Assembly: GCA_963783315.1 (NCBI GenBank)
Contig: CAWAMZ010000018.1
Span: forward strand, 160,718-224,717
DNA from: an uncultured Bacteroidales bacterium
Lineage (GTDB): Bacteria > Bacteroidota > Bacteroidia > Bacteroidales > DASQZP01
Reading direction: 5' to 3'
Length of the DNA stretch: 64,000 nt
Shown here: one piece after another, positions 8,298-18,362 of the stretch
How positions within the stretch are numbered: the first letter of the stretch is position 1
Layout: every line of letters starts with the position of its first letter
Program-made: the position numbers and the translations under genes
The notes under the pieces: model-generated
What the model was told of the DNA's origin: nothing
The model's database searches: none
The model's input: the letters and a program-made list of their open reading frames with translations, nothing else

Positions 8298-10418
8298 ATG
8301 AAACGTACATTAATAATATTCCTAGCATTAGCAGGTATTTCTGTGCAAGCCCAGGTACTAAATCCGGTACACTGGAAATTCAGCACGAAACAGTTAAACA
8401 GTAATGAAACAGAGCTGATTTTTACAGCAAATATTGATGAGGGCTGGCACGTATATGGTATGAACCTTGAAGAGGGCGGTCCGGTACCTACGAGCATTCA
8501 CATTAATGAGGGGAATTCATTTGAACTGACAGATAATGCTGTCGAAGTGACCAATCCCGATAAAAAATTCGATTCAAGTTTTGGAATGGAAATTCCAATG
8601 CATAGCAACAAGGCAGTATTCAAACAAAAGATAAAGATAACAAAACCCGGAACCTTCAATGTTACAGGTTATATTGAATACATGAGCTGTGATAATAGTC
8701 GTTGCCTCCCTCCCAAGGAAGAAGACTTTTCTTTCCGGATAAACGGCAATGATGCCGTTGCAGAACAGCCGGCCGGGCTTAAGACAGGTGATACTGCTGC
8801 TCAGGAAAATGTTGATACAGATCAATCATTAATTGAAAAAGCACCCGTACAAATTACTACTAATGAAGACTCGGCAAACATTATACAAAACAAAGGTGTA
8901 ACTGCTGATGATTTGTCAGATAATGAAAAAAGCAGGCAGGGAAAATCGCTCTGGGTATTTTTCTTTATTTCATTCCTTGCCGGTTTGGCCGGTATGCTTA
9001 CACCCTGTGTTTTCCCCATGATACCAATGACCGTTACTTTTTTTATGCGGGGGAGCGAAAACCGGCGAAAATCTGTCATGAAGGGAATTGTTTTTGGTTT
9101 ATCAATTGTGATAATTTATTCTGCAATCGGAGTAATCGTATCATTAACCAGTGCCGGAGCTGATTTTGCCACTCAATTAAGTTCACACTGGATTCCCAAT
9201 ACAATTTTCTTTCTGCTATTTATAGTTTTTGCAGCTTCATTCTTTGGAATGTTTGAGCTTGTATTACCCAATTCTCTTGTTGAAAAAGCGGATAAAAAAG
9301 CCGACAAGGGAGGAATGCTCGGTGCCTTTTTCATGGCATTGACACTTGTTATCGTTTCATTCAGCTGCACGGGACCAATTGTAGGTGCTTTACTGGTTGA
9401 ATCTGCAAGTGGTGGACTGGCACTCAAGCCAATCATTGGCATGTTTGGTTTTTCACTGGCATTTGCACTCCCTTTCACATTATTCGCCATTTTCCCATCA
9501 TGGCTGAGTAATCTGCCTAAATCCGGAGGATGGCTCAATTCAGTTAAAGTAGTTCTTGGTTTTATTGTACTTGCATTCAGTTTCAAATTTTTGAGTAGCA
9601 TGAGTCAGACTTACCATCTGGGAATAATGGGAAGAAGCATTTATCTCTCGATATGGATTGTCATCTTTTTGCTCCTTGGATTATATTTACTAGGCAAAAT
9701 TAAATTTGCACATGACAGCGATACTCCTCACATAGGATTTCCAAGATTGATACTTGCAATTGCTTCCTTTACATTTTCTTTATATCTTTTCCCCGGCCTG
9801 TTTGGTGCACCACTTACTGAAATCTCTGCGCTGATTCCTCCAAAAACAAGCCAGAGCTTTGACCTCGAAAGATTAATTGAAGAAAACAGAGGTAGCACAG
9901 CAACCAGTGATGTCACAAATGACCAGAATGCAACATTTTGCGGGGATGCCAGGTATTCGGATATCCTTACCCTGCCCTATGGACTGAAGGGATATTTTGA
10001 TTATAACCAGGCACTGGCCTGTGCAAAAAAACTAAACAAACCAATATTTCTTGATTTTAACGGACATGGCTGTAGTAACTGCAAGGATATGGAAGCCAAA
10101 GTATGGCCAAATCCCGGCGTAATGGAAAGACTCAAAAATGACTTCGTAATCGTTGCCTTATATGTTGATGATCGTACACGTTTACCAGAAGATGAATGGG
10201 TAACTTCAACATTTGACGGCAAGGTTAAAAAAACAATGGGTAAGAAAAATGCTGATTTTCAAATCACAAAATTCAACACAAACACGCAGCCCTTTTATGT
10301 AATACTTGATACCAACGGTGATGTATTGGCCGGACCGTATGGCCTGGATACCAATCCAGAACATTTTATTGAATTTCTGGAAAAAGGGAAGGCTAAGTTT
10401 ATGGATGAGCAAAAATAA
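8298..10418 (+). CDS. dsbD: Thiol:disulfide interchange protein DsbD-like (N-terminal periplasmic domain + CcdA/DsbD membrane core + C-terminal thioredoxin fold)
   Basis: Signal peptide MKRTLIIFLALAGISVQAQ, which makes ATG 8298 more likely than the TTG at 8235. Membrane core with CVFPMIP and SCTGPIVG. C-terminal thioredoxin-like FNGHGCSNCK. Confidence 0.85.
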   Translation: MKRTLIIFLALAGISVQAQVLNPVHWKFSTKQLNSNETELIFTANIDEGWHVYGMNLEEGGPVPTSIHINEGNSFELTDNAVEVTNPDKKFDSSFGMEIPMHSNKAVFKQKIKITKPGTFNVTGYIEYMSCDNSRCLPPKEEDFSFRINGNDAVAEQPAGLKTGDTAAQENVDTDQSLIEKAPVQITTNEDSANIIQNKGVTADDLSDNEKSRQGKSLWVFFFISFLAGLAGMLTPCVFPMIPMTVTFFMRGSENRRKSVMKGIVFGLSIVIIYSAIGVIVSLTSAGADFATQLSSHWIPNTIFFLLFIVFAASFFGMFELVLPNSLVEKADKKADKGGMLGAFFMALTLVIVSFSCTGPIVGALLVESASGGLALKPIIGMFGFSLAFALPFTLFAIFPSWLSNLPKSGGWLNSVKVVLGFIVLAFSFKFLSSMSQTYHLGIMGRSIYLSIWIVIFLLLGLYLLGKIKFAHDSDTPHIGFPRLILAIASFTFSLYLFPGLFGAPLTEISALIPPKTSQSFDLERLIEENRGSTATSDVTNDQNATFCGDARYSDILTLPYGLKGYFDYNQALACAKKLNKPIFLDFNGHGCSNCKDMEAKVWPNPGVMERLKNDFVIVALYVDDRTRLPEDEWVTSTFDGKVKKTMGKKNADFQITKFNTNTQPFYVILDTNGDVLAGPYGLDTNPEHFIEFLEKGKAKFMDEQK

Positions 10419-10442
10419 AATTAGACCTGTAAGATAAAAAAT

Positions 10443-10476
10443 AAAAAAGCCTGCACATTTTCTGCAGGCTTTTTAT
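10443..10476. terminator. Bidirectional rho-independent terminator between convergent dsbD and the OMP gene
   Basis: AGCCTGCA (10448-10455) pairs with TGCAGGCT (10463-10470), flanked by an A-run on the left and a T-run on the right. Confidence 0.85.
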
Positions 10477-10499
10477 TTTTTATCATTATTTGGATGAAA

Positions 10500-11138
10500 T
10501 CAGAATTTACCAAACTTCAGGGTTATGCCACCGCTTAATCCGTTCAATACATCCGGGGATGTATCCGCCAGATCAATATCGCTGGTAATCCGGTAATATG
10601 CTCCAACAGCAAACCGGAAAAACCTGCTGATATTCAGTTCTAATTCAATTCCCGGCTCAAAGACCATGAATACATCCGTTTGATTCAAATAGTTTTTCCA
10701 GGTATATAACGGATCATAATAAACGGTGGTAACCGCGCCCATTCCAAGAACCAATGGGACAGACAGGTGAGCAGGAAAATTTGGCAGTAAAACAGGCTCA
10801 AGCAATATGCCACCGTATCCACCTGTAAGATTCATATCATAAGTCGATGTATAATCATAATGATAATCATTTATAAACCCGGTTCCGGAAACGCCCAGGG
10901 CCAGACAATGATTTATTATCCACGCACCTCGTAAACTGCCCACAAATGCATCTTTTTGATCGATACGGGTATATTGCAGTGATATGCCACCGTAAGCACC
11001 ATTTGTCCCTTTCCCGCCAAGTATTGTACGATATTCATCATTTTTACCTGTGGAAGACTGAGGCGTCTGTTCATCTTTCTGGCAAAAGCTAATCAGGCCC
11101 AGCAAAAGGCCAAACATAACTAAAATAAACTTTTTCAT
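10500..11138 (-). CDS. Hypothetical secreted protein, probably a small outer-membrane beta-barrel
   Basis: Signal peptide MKKFILVMFGLLLGLISFC, alternating Gly/aromatic-rich strands, and a C-terminal LKFGKF ending in Phe as in OMP beta-barrels. Function not recognised. Confidence 0.55.
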   Translation of the reverse strand: MKKFILVMFGLLLGLISFCQKDEQTPQSSTGKNDEYRTILGGKGTNGAYGGISLQYTRIDQKDAFVGSLRGAWIINHCLALGVSGTGFINDYHYDYTSTYDMNLTGGYGGILLEPVLLPNFPAHLSVPLVLGMGAVTTVYYDPLYTWKNYLNQTDVFMVFEPGIELELNISRFFRFAVGAYYRITSDIDLADTSPDVLNGLSGGITLKFGKF

Positions 11139-11215
11139 ATTTTCGGTTTTAGATTGAATGAACTTTATTAACCTCTGCTACAACATATGCTCTATAATAA
11201 AATTTACTAAAATCG

Positions 11216-11944
11216 TTAATTATTATTGATAACATCGCCAGTACCGGTAATATCCACCCTGAATGAAGGATCTCCTCTATAAAAAATATTTCCGCTACCT
11301 GATATAACCGCATCAATATAATCATACACAAAAACATACATATCACCAGATCCGGAAATATTACTGTCAAGGTCATTGAGTTCCATATGATAGCTTTTGA
11401 TATTTCCGGAACCTGCAATCTGGTAATCACCTGCATTAGCAATTCCCCATACCTCAATGGGCCCTGAGCCGGTGAGTTTAAGGTTTATCTGTCTGGTATC
11501 AATATTGTAAAATCTGACAGAACCACTTCCATTGTTTTTTATGCTGAGAATATCATTATAAACTGCATCACAGTTTATGTAACCGGATCCATTTTGTTCC
11601 ACTTGAAAAATATCTGGAGTTGTAACTCTGACATAAACTGGTATATCAGTTCGGATGCATCTGCGGGTATTTGTTTCGATAATCAATTTACCTGACCTCA
11701 CATCCGTTGAAATAAGTGCCATAATATTTTTATCTGCCTCAATATAAATATCATAAACAGTATCCTGTATTATATCAACATCAAAATCACCATTGACCTC
11801 CACTGAATGAAAATTTAAATTAACAGTTCTGTATTCTGAAACAATATTATTATCTCCCTCTATACATTTCCACTTTTCACAAGAAGTAGAAAAAAGAATC
11901 AAAGCCAGGCCGGCAAACATAATGCTTAGACGAGTTTTTTGCAT
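11216..11944 (-). CDS. Lipoprotein with DUF2807 / head GIN (putative adhesin head) repeats
   Basis: Lipobox LFSTSC. Repeated GSG(D/N)I strand motifs: NGSGYI, NGSGSV, TGSGPI, AGSGNI, SGSGDM, SGSGNIFYRGDP. Confidence 0.7.
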   Translation of the reverse strand: MQKTRLSIMFAGLALILFSTSCEKWKCIEGDNNIVSEYRTVNLNFHSVEVNGDFDVDIIQDTVYDIYIEADKNIMALISTDVRSGKLIIETNTRRCIRTDIPVYVRVTTPDIFQVEQNGSGYINCDAVYNDILSIKNNGSGSVRFYNIDTRQINLKLTGSGPIEVWGIANAGDYQIAGSGNIKSYHMELNDLDSNISGSGDMYVFVYDYIDAVISGSGNIFYRGDPSFRVDITGTGDVINNN

Positions 11945-12445
11945 AGTTATTCCATTTTATTTTTTACATTTTACATTACAAAATAAGTGTTTTTTCTAAT
12001 TGAATATCTGCAATTTAAAAATATTTTTAATGTTTATTGTATTTATTGCAGAAACAATAATTCCTTCGCCTCATAAGCCACCCTGCCTGGAGCAATGGCT
12101 CAGTTTAAAAATGGATGTTGGTTACAATGCTGTATGGGGTTTTTTAGGGTATGTAGTGGCAGCTTGATAGTTATTACTTTATTATGTTTTTGGATTTAAT
12201 TTTAATTCTTAAATCAAAATCAAAGACCACCAGGTAATTATATTGCAAAACACTGTTTAATTGGATTCTGAAACAACAATTATTGCTGTCTTCTCCGGAT
12301 AAATCCAAATTGCAGATAAGATGAAATTTAAGAAGTTTATTTGAAAAGAAAAGTAAAAAATCCCTGGAAGAAATAATTAAAATACAGAAAAAATCCTAAA
12401 TGTATACCAGGGAAATAACAGATGAAGGTGACTTTACAGTCTCAT

Positions 12446-13069
12446 TTAAAGAATGGTCAGAATAACAAAAATACCAAAAGCAAAAATCACGCTTCCGGAG
12501 ATTCGGTTTATGATAAGTAACCGGCGTAGCCGGAATTTACTCCGAAATTTATTCACAACATTGCTGAGTGTAAACCACCAGAGAGCGGCACCCGAAAATG
12601 TACCAACAATAAGTATCACAGAAGCAATAACCGGACTTTCATCCTGCAGGACATTGAATGATGCGAAAAAAGCAATAAAAAGAAATACAGCAACGGGATT
12701 GGAAAGTGTAAGCAACAGTACCGACACAAAATCTTTTATCAATTTACCTGATTTCTTGCGTCTCTGCCGTCTCATCTGTTTGGCAGGATTAGTATAAAAT
12801 ATCCGGATTCCGAGAAAAGCAACTACCAATCCGCCGATTATATGGAAAAACAACATTTGCTGTTCAATGAAGTTGATGATAAATGTAACTCCCAGAGCGG
12901 CAATCATGGCCATAAAAGTATCGGCAACAGCTGCCCCCAGACCGGAGAAAAAACCGGAATAAACACCCTTATTCAGCGTTCGCTGAATACATAAAACACC
13001 AATAGGACCTAAGGGGATAGAAGCTGCAAGACCAATAAGCATTCCTTTTAAAAATACATCCACCGCCAT
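12446..13069 (-). CDS. LysE/RhtB family amino-acid efflux translocator
   Basis: 207 aa with about 6 TM segments. The N-terminal GMLIGLAASIPLGPIGVLCIQRTL is typical of the LysE family. Confidence 0.85.
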   Translation of the reverse strand: MAVDVFLKGMLIGLAASIPLGPIGVLCIQRTLNKGVYSGFFSGLGAAVADTFMAMIAALGVTFIINFIEQQMLFFHIIGGLVVAFLGIRIFYTNPAKQMRRQRRKKSGKLIKDFVSVLLLTLSNPVAVFLFIAFFASFNVLQDESPVIASVILIVGTFSGAALWWFTLSNVVNKFRSKFRLRRLLIINRISGSVIFAFGIFVILTIL

Positions 13070-13110
13070 ACCATCAAAATTTCAGCAATATACAAAAATC
13101 TATAATTATG

Positions 13111-13118
13111 CAAACATA
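13111..13118 (-). promoter_or_regulatory. Candidate TAnnTTTG -7 element for the LysE-family gene
   Basis: The minus strand reads TATGTTTG about 42 nt upstream of the ATG at 13069. Confidence 0.4.
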
Positions 13119-13294
13119 TATTATTAAACAGGAGTATGCAAAAAATGTTACATAAAATATACCTTCATTTGAATAATATCACTTTATTTAACATAATTTA
13201 AAACTGGCAGTCAAATTTATTAACTGCTCACTTTTTGATACAACTAGAGCTACAAAGTTTTACTGTTGTTAAAAAAATAGTAAATAAATAAGGT

Positions 13295-13302
13295 TATTTT
13301 TG
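13295..13302 (+). promoter_or_regulatory. Candidate TAnnTTTG -7 element for lnt
   Basis: TATTTTTG lies about 33 nt upstream of the ATG at 13335. Confidence 0.45.
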
Positions 13303-13334
13303 TAAGCATTATCAAACTGAATTATAAAGATAGA

Positions 13335-14951
13335 ATGAAACGATCTCTGTTGTATTTTTTGGCACTATTAAGCGGCCTTCTGTTATCTCTTGCCTGGAGC
13401 CAATGGGTTACAGGATTAATTTTATTGATTGCATTTATACCATTGTTGATAGCAGAAGATTATCTGGATACAAACAAGAGCCAATACAGTAAACTTACAA
13501 TAGTCCCAGTTTCTTTTTTTTCTTTTATTGTATGGAATCTACTGACAACCTGGTGGATTGGACAGGTATCCGTTTTCGGGATGCTGGCGGCAGTCCTTTT
13601 CACTTCTTCACTGATGACATTTGTTTTTTGGGCATTCCATTTTTCAAAAAGATTGCTTGGCCGTGGTTTTGGCTATTTTAGTTTGCTCGTTTTCTGGCTT
13701 ACATTTGAATATTACTCTCTCCATTCTGAACTTTCATGGCCCTGGCTAAATCTTGGGAACGGGCTTGCAAAAGATACAGCATTTATTCAGTGGTATGAAT
13801 ATACAGGAGTTACAGGTGGAAGCTTATGGATCTTACTGGTCAACCTGGCTGTTTATGATGTATTCAGGCATTACAGGTTACAAAGTCCAACACGTGATAT
13901 AATGACCCGTTCACTATTAGCCCTGGTTATTATTGGTTTCCCAATGATAGCTTCCCTGACCCGATTTAAAAATTATGAGGAAAAACAAGATCCGCATCAA
14001 ATTATAGTTTTACAGCCCAATATTGATTCCCATAAGAAATTTTCGGAAATTCCTTCGGAAATGCAAACCCATTTACTCGTTCATTTGGCTGACTCATTGA
14101 TCACACCGGCAACTGAGTTTGTTCTGGCACCCGAAACTGCAATTATCAGCCGGGTCAGTCTTGATAATCCATTAGCAAACGAATCGGTACATACCATAAA
14201 AGAATTTGTGGCAGCTCATCCGCAGATAAATTTCATCCTGGGAGCTACAGTTTACCAACAATTTAAAGATGGCGAAGACCTGCCGCCTGAAGCGAGAAAA
14301 ATGTCAGATACCGGATCATTATTCGTAACCTACAATGCAGCACTAATGATTGACAGTACCCAAAAGATACAAATATATTTTAAAAATAAACTGGTCGCAG
14401 GGGTAGAAAGAATTCCGTATCCCAAAGTTTTTGGGTTTTTGAAAAAATTAATGATTAGACTCGGTGATCAGACAGGCAGCTACGGGATACGTAAAAACAA
14501 AGGAATATTTAACGGAAGTGATCGATCACCTGCTACTGCACCTGTAATTTGCTACGAATCGGCCTATGGAGAATATATTTCTGGCTATATCAGCAAGGGT
14601 GCCGGTTACATTTTTATAATAACCAATGACGGGTGGTGGAAGAATCAGGCAGGTTCACTTCAGCACAACAGGCTTGCTAGCTTGCGCGCTATTGAGACCC
14701 GAAGGAGTATTGCCAGATCTGCAAATACGGGTATATCAAGTTTTATAAATCAGAAAGGGCAGATTATTAAACAATTGGAGCGGAATAAACAGGGCGCTAT
14801 CAGAACAACCTTAAACGCCAATAGCAGCTTAACCTTTTATGTGACCCATGGTGATTTTTTATCCCGCATAGCCCGGTTCTTTGCCTTCCTAACAATCCTT
14901 TATGTAATCAGTAATTTACTTATGAAGAAAGACAAGTACGGGGTTAGATGA
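13335..14951 (+). CDS. lnt: Apolipoprotein N-acyltransferase
   Basis: 538 aa. N-terminal polytopic membrane region plus a C-terminal CN-hydrolase domain with the catalytic-Cys context VICYESAYGEY. Confidence 0.9.
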   Translation: MKRSLLYFLALLSGLLLSLAWSQWVTGLILLIAFIPLLIAEDYLDTNKSQYSKLTIVPVSFFSFIVWNLLTTWWIGQVSVFGMLAAVLFTSSLMTFVFWAFHFSKRLLGRGFGYFSLLVFWLTFEYYSLHSELSWPWLNLGNGLAKDTAFIQWYEYTGVTGGSLWILLVNLAVYDVFRHYRLQSPTRDIMTRSLLALVIIGFPMIASLTRFKNYEEKQDPHQIIVLQPNIDSHKKFSEIPSEMQTHLLVHLADSLITPATEFVLAPETAIISRVSLDNPLANESVHTIKEFVAAHPQINFILGATVYQQFKDGEDLPPEARKMSDTGSLFVTYNAALMIDSTQKIQIYFKNKLVAGVERIPYPKVFGFLKKLMIRLGDQTGSYGIRKNKGIFNGSDRSPATAPVICYESAYGEYISGYISKGAGYIFIITNDGWWKNQAGSLQHNRLASLRAIETRRSIARSANTGISSFINQKGQIIKQLERNKQGAIRTTLNANSSLTFYVTHGDFLSRIARFFAFLTILYVISNLLMKKDKYGVR

Positions 14952-14988
14952 AACAATATAGTAAATAATCCATGCAGTATGCCGGGGT

Positions 14989-15501
14989 CTACCGGAAATT
15001 ACTTTCATTCTGCCCACCCGGTCCAGGTCCCCAGCCATGCCCCGGACCTCTTCCTCTTATTTGGTTTAGCAGATAATATTTAAACTGATTTTCAGCAATA
15101 TACATATCCATTACTTTTTTTACAGGAAGGATTTTTTTGAATTTCACCAGATATTCGGCATCCAGATTAGCTTCTTCAACCTGGTAAGCAATGTACTGAT
15201 CGGCAATTTTTTCAATCTCCCTGTCAGACAATCCTTCTGTGTGATATGCCATAAGTGTTTTCCTTCTTGCAAGTGCAATAGCATCTTTCTTTTCCTGATA
15301 AGCATTGTAAACCGGCCAGAACTTTTCAGCTTCAGCAGGAGTTAATCCGATATGTTCTGTAAAAAAAGCTACTTTTTGGGCTTTGATTCGCTCAAGCTTT
15401 TCCTGATATCCCCTGCCACCAGGATTTTGAGATTTGGCTGGCTGTAGGGAGAAAAAAGAAAAGAACACTACTGAAACTAATATAATCAGATTATTTTTCA
15501 T
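14989..15501 (-). CDS. Periplasmic alpha-helical protein, Spy/CpxP (LTxxQ)-like, with a Gly/Pro-rich tail
   Basis: The likely start is the internal ATG at 15501 (MKNNLIILVSVVFFSFFSLQPAKSQ signal peptide), which avoids overlap with the upstream ORF. LTPAEAEKFWPVYNAY helix repeats and a tail GRGPGHGWGPGPGG. Third gene of the ECF sigma module. Confidence 0.5.
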   Translation of the reverse strand: MKNNLIILVSVVFFSFFSLQPAKSQNPGGRGYQEKLERIKAQKVAFFTEHIGLTPAEAEKFWPVYNAYQEKKDAIALARRKTLMAYHTEGLSDREIEKIADQYIAYQVEEANLDAEYLVKFKKILPVKKVMDMYIAENQFKYYLLNQIRGRGPGHGWGPGPGGQNESNFR

Positions 15502-15511
15502 ACATTTTAAA

Positions 15512-15967
15512 TTATAATTGTTCAACCAGGGTTGCCATTTCGACATTGTGATCCATGAGATATTCTGCCACCTGATCACCATATTCGTCATTGTTTGACT
15601 GGTTTGTTGAAGTCATCTGATCTTCATCAACCACGTCAATCAGGGTATATTCGTCTATAAATGCAGGGTCAGCTTCCAGTACACTGTTTATAGTGGTATT
15701 TGTCAATACCTGATTATCCGGCCTGTGATTAAGTAAAAAATTAAATCCAATATACCCAATCAGCACAAATAATAGTAATCCACCGGCCAGTGCAAGTTGT
15801 GGACGAATAAACTGCACTACCCTATTAAAAACTGACAGAGACTTTTGTTCATCCATTCGACTCATGAGCCGTTCCGGGAAGGTATCAAAATATCCCTCCG
15901 GTACTCTGAATGCATTATCATTGGGGATATCCGACAGCGTAATCCTGTTATTTTTTAATTTTTTCAT
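15512..15967 (-). CDS. Putative single-pass membrane anti-sigma factor
   Basis: Lies immediately downstream of the ECF sigma gene. One TM segment (LALAGGLLLFVLIGYIGFNFLL) separates a short cytoplasmic N-terminus from an acidic C-terminus. Start at ATG 15967 (MKKLKNN) or 16009. No zf-HC2 motif seen, so the call rests on position only. Confidence 0.45.
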   Translation of the reverse strand: MKKLKNNRITLSDIPNDNAFRVPEGYFDTFPERLMSRMDEQKSLSVFNRVVQFIRPQLALAGGLLLFVLIGYIGFNFLLNHRPDNQVLTNTTINSVLEADPAFIDEYTLIDVVDEDQMTSTNQSNNDEYGDQVAEYLMDHNVEMATLVEQL

Positions 15968-16015
15968 TATCTTATTGGTAACGATAATTATTTGACATTC
16001 AATTATCATGAAGGT

Positions 16016-16564
16016 TTAATCACCTCCAAGTTCTTTTTCTATTTTTTTTACGGCATGATGATAGGAAGCTTTTAATGCCCCTACAGAAGTTTCTAGTATT
16101 TCCGACATTTCGTTATATTTCATATCGTCAAAATACTTCATATTAAATACCAACTGTTGTTTTTTGGGTAGTTTAAGAATTGCTTCCTGTAATTTAACCT
16201 GTATCTCATTTCCGGAAAATAAATCGCTTTCAGCAAAATTCTGTTGACCTGCCTTTTCATTTAATCCGGGAAATAGAATTCTTTTTCTTTTTTCTTTTTT
16301 CAGGAAGGTCAGCGATTCGTTGGTTGCAATTTTAAACAGCCAGGTAAATAGTTCTGCTTCCTCTCTGAATTGTCCCAGTGCTTTCCAAACCTTTATAAAG
16401 GTATTTTGAAGTATATCATCAGCATCCTGGTGATTAATTACTATTCTTCTGATATGCCAGTAAAGGCGCTCCTGGTATTTACGCACAATTAAATTGAAGG
16501 CATAATGAGCAGTATCATTTTCCCTGAAGAGTTTAAGCAAATCTTTATCAGAATATTCGGGCAT
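16016..16564 (-). CDS. ECF-type RNA polymerase sigma-70 family factor
   Basis: 182 aa. Region 2 (DADDILQNTFIKVWK...FREEAELFTWLFKIATN) and region 4 (LPKKQQLVFNMKYFDDMKYNEMSEILETSVGALKASYHHAVKKI). Confidence 0.9.
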   Translation of the reverse strand: MPEYSDKDLLKLFRENDTAHYAFNLIVRKYQERLYWHIRRIVINHQDADDILQNTFIKVWKALGQFREEAELFTWLFKIATNESLTFLKKEKRKRILFPGLNEKAGQQNFAESDLFSGNEIQVKLQEAILKLPKKQQLVFNMKYFDDMKYNEMSEILETSVGALKASYHHAVKKIEKELGGD

Positions 16565-16703
16565 TAGCAGATTTCGTTTACTTCTTTATAATTGCATCAT
16601 CGCCTTTTTTGAAACAAATCTGCAACTAATTTTTGCGCAGATTTTATTTTACCTGATTAGATCAATATCTCAATGAAAGGTTTAATTGTCAGAGAAATTA
16701 TTT

Positions 16704-18122
16704 TCAATTGAATTCAACAACCAGTGAACGGCCCGACCAGATATCAAAGGAACGCACAATGGTATAAAGTGTTTGTTTGGCATTCATAGCTCTGTAAACA
16801 GCTTTATAGCTACCTGGCTGCAACAGTAAAGTTTCATTTCTTGCATCTGTATTCAGATTGTATACCCATTCCATTTTGCCCTTCTTCATTACATATAAGC
16901 TGCCGTATCCTGATGATGTTTTGAGGAATGTTGCTATCCCCGGGCGAGGTACCTGCACAGTCGTTGTATTACTCTGTTTTATCTGTACATTATCCAGATT
17001 AATGCTGGGAATAGTTGGAATTTCGAGATCGTAGAATCCGGTAATATATTTTTCCTTCTCATCAATTTTTTGTCGATTCAGGGTATTCATTTTCCCGTGC
17101 ATTCTGACAATATACTCCATGTCCCGGTACTGGTTTGACAGGCCTTCGGTTGTTACCATCAGAGTCCCCTGTGGTGCATCAGCAGCAATAATTGTATGTT
17201 TTCCGGGCAATACACGGGCACTGTCAATAATAATTTCAGGAATTGTATGGACCACGATTCGATAGGTAATCATCGGGTCAAGAATAAGGGTATCCGGATT
17301 CCCTTTGTTATTCAGTGTATGTATGTAATTATGCAGGATTTTACCCGACAGCCTGTCATAAAAGGTCATATTCACATTTGTTTCCGTAGGATATCCATTG
17401 ACATCGAGCAGGTTAACCTGGGCAGTGGTAGCATCCAGAGCCTGAGAAATTACGACATCTAATACTTCTTTGAATTTATCTTCTCTGGGAGCATTATAAT
17501 ATGTCCCCATACACTCAAAAGTCTCGCTGAAATTTTCATCCATACCGATGCCAATCACAAAAGGTTTCAGAACAATCCCCTTACGCTGAAGTACAGCAGA
17601 AACGGAACAGGGGTCTCCGTCACAGGCTTCAATTCCGTCGGTGATTAAAATAATAATGTTGCGACAATTGTCACATTCATTAAAATCGTTCCCGGCCTGT
17701 TCAAGTGAATAGGCAATGGGGGTTGTCCCTCTGGGTGTAATAAATCTGAGTTTTTGCTTAATTGCCAATGCGTTATGCGGGCCAAAGGGAACTTCAAGTC
17801 GTGTGTCATGGCAATCCTGGGGTGGTACCGGACTCTGATGGCCATATACGCGTAATGCAAGTTGAACATTATCAAGTTGTTCAAGACTGTCCACCATATG
17901 GATGAGTATAGAGCGTGCAATATCAATTTTAGGATGGCTGTTCCATATTCCGGCCATGCTTTGAGATCCATCAAAAACAAAAAGAATGCGTGTATTAGGT
18001 GGCTTTACCTTTTCATATGTTTGTGCATTCAATTTAAACGGCACCAGCCACAAACAAAGTAACAGGAAATATCTGAAAAAGAGGTAAAGATTCGGCATTT
18101 TTACCGGCTGGTATTTGTACAT
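16704..18122 (-). CDS. Secreted von Willebrand factor type A (VWA) domain protein
   Basis: Signal peptide followed by the MIDAS motif FVFDGSQSM. VWA-core features include RGTTPIAYSL and IILITDGIEAC. The C-terminal ~240 aa is beta-rich and unassigned. Confidence 0.8.
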   Translation of the reverse strand: MYKYQPVKMPNLYLFFRYFLLLCLWLVPFKLNAQTYEKVKPPNTRILFVFDGSQSMAGIWNSHPKIDIARSILIHMVDSLEQLDNVQLALRVYGHQSPVPPQDCHDTRLEVPFGPHNALAIKQKLRFITPRGTTPIAYSLEQAGNDFNECDNCRNIIILITDGIEACDGDPCSVSAVLQRKGIVLKPFVIGIGMDENFSETFECMGTYYNAPREDKFKEVLDVVISQALDATTAQVNLLDVNGYPTETNVNMTFYDRLSGKILHNYIHTLNNKGNPDTLILDPMITYRIVVHTIPEIIIDSARVLPGKHTIIAADAPQGTLMVTTEGLSNQYRDMEYIVRMHGKMNTLNRQKIDEKEKYITGFYDLEIPTIPSINLDNVQIKQSNTTTVQVPRPGIATFLKTSSGYGSLYVMKKGKMEWVYNLNTDARNETLLLQPGSYKAVYRAMNAKQTLYTIVRSFDIWSGRSLVVEFN

Positions 18123-18362
18123 TTCAGAGGTCTGGTTTAGGTGCCTTTAACTATTGATCATAATTTTGTTAGATATAACGAAAAATAATCAACAAATGAT
18201 ACATAATCATTGAGAAACATCCTGTAAAAACAGAGACTTACAGTTGCAAATGTACACAACCTGTCATACTTTAAAAACAGAGTAAGCTCAACTATATCAA
18301 ATGTATTTTGTTAAAGAATGCTTTTTAAAAACTACTATACTATATAAAATTACCAAAATCCT

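Noticed and set aside
11149-11457. 102-aa ORF overlapping the 3' end of the DUF2807 lipoprotein gene in another frame
   Set aside because: It overlaps a gene with clear repeat-motif support on the same strand and shows no signal or motif of its own.
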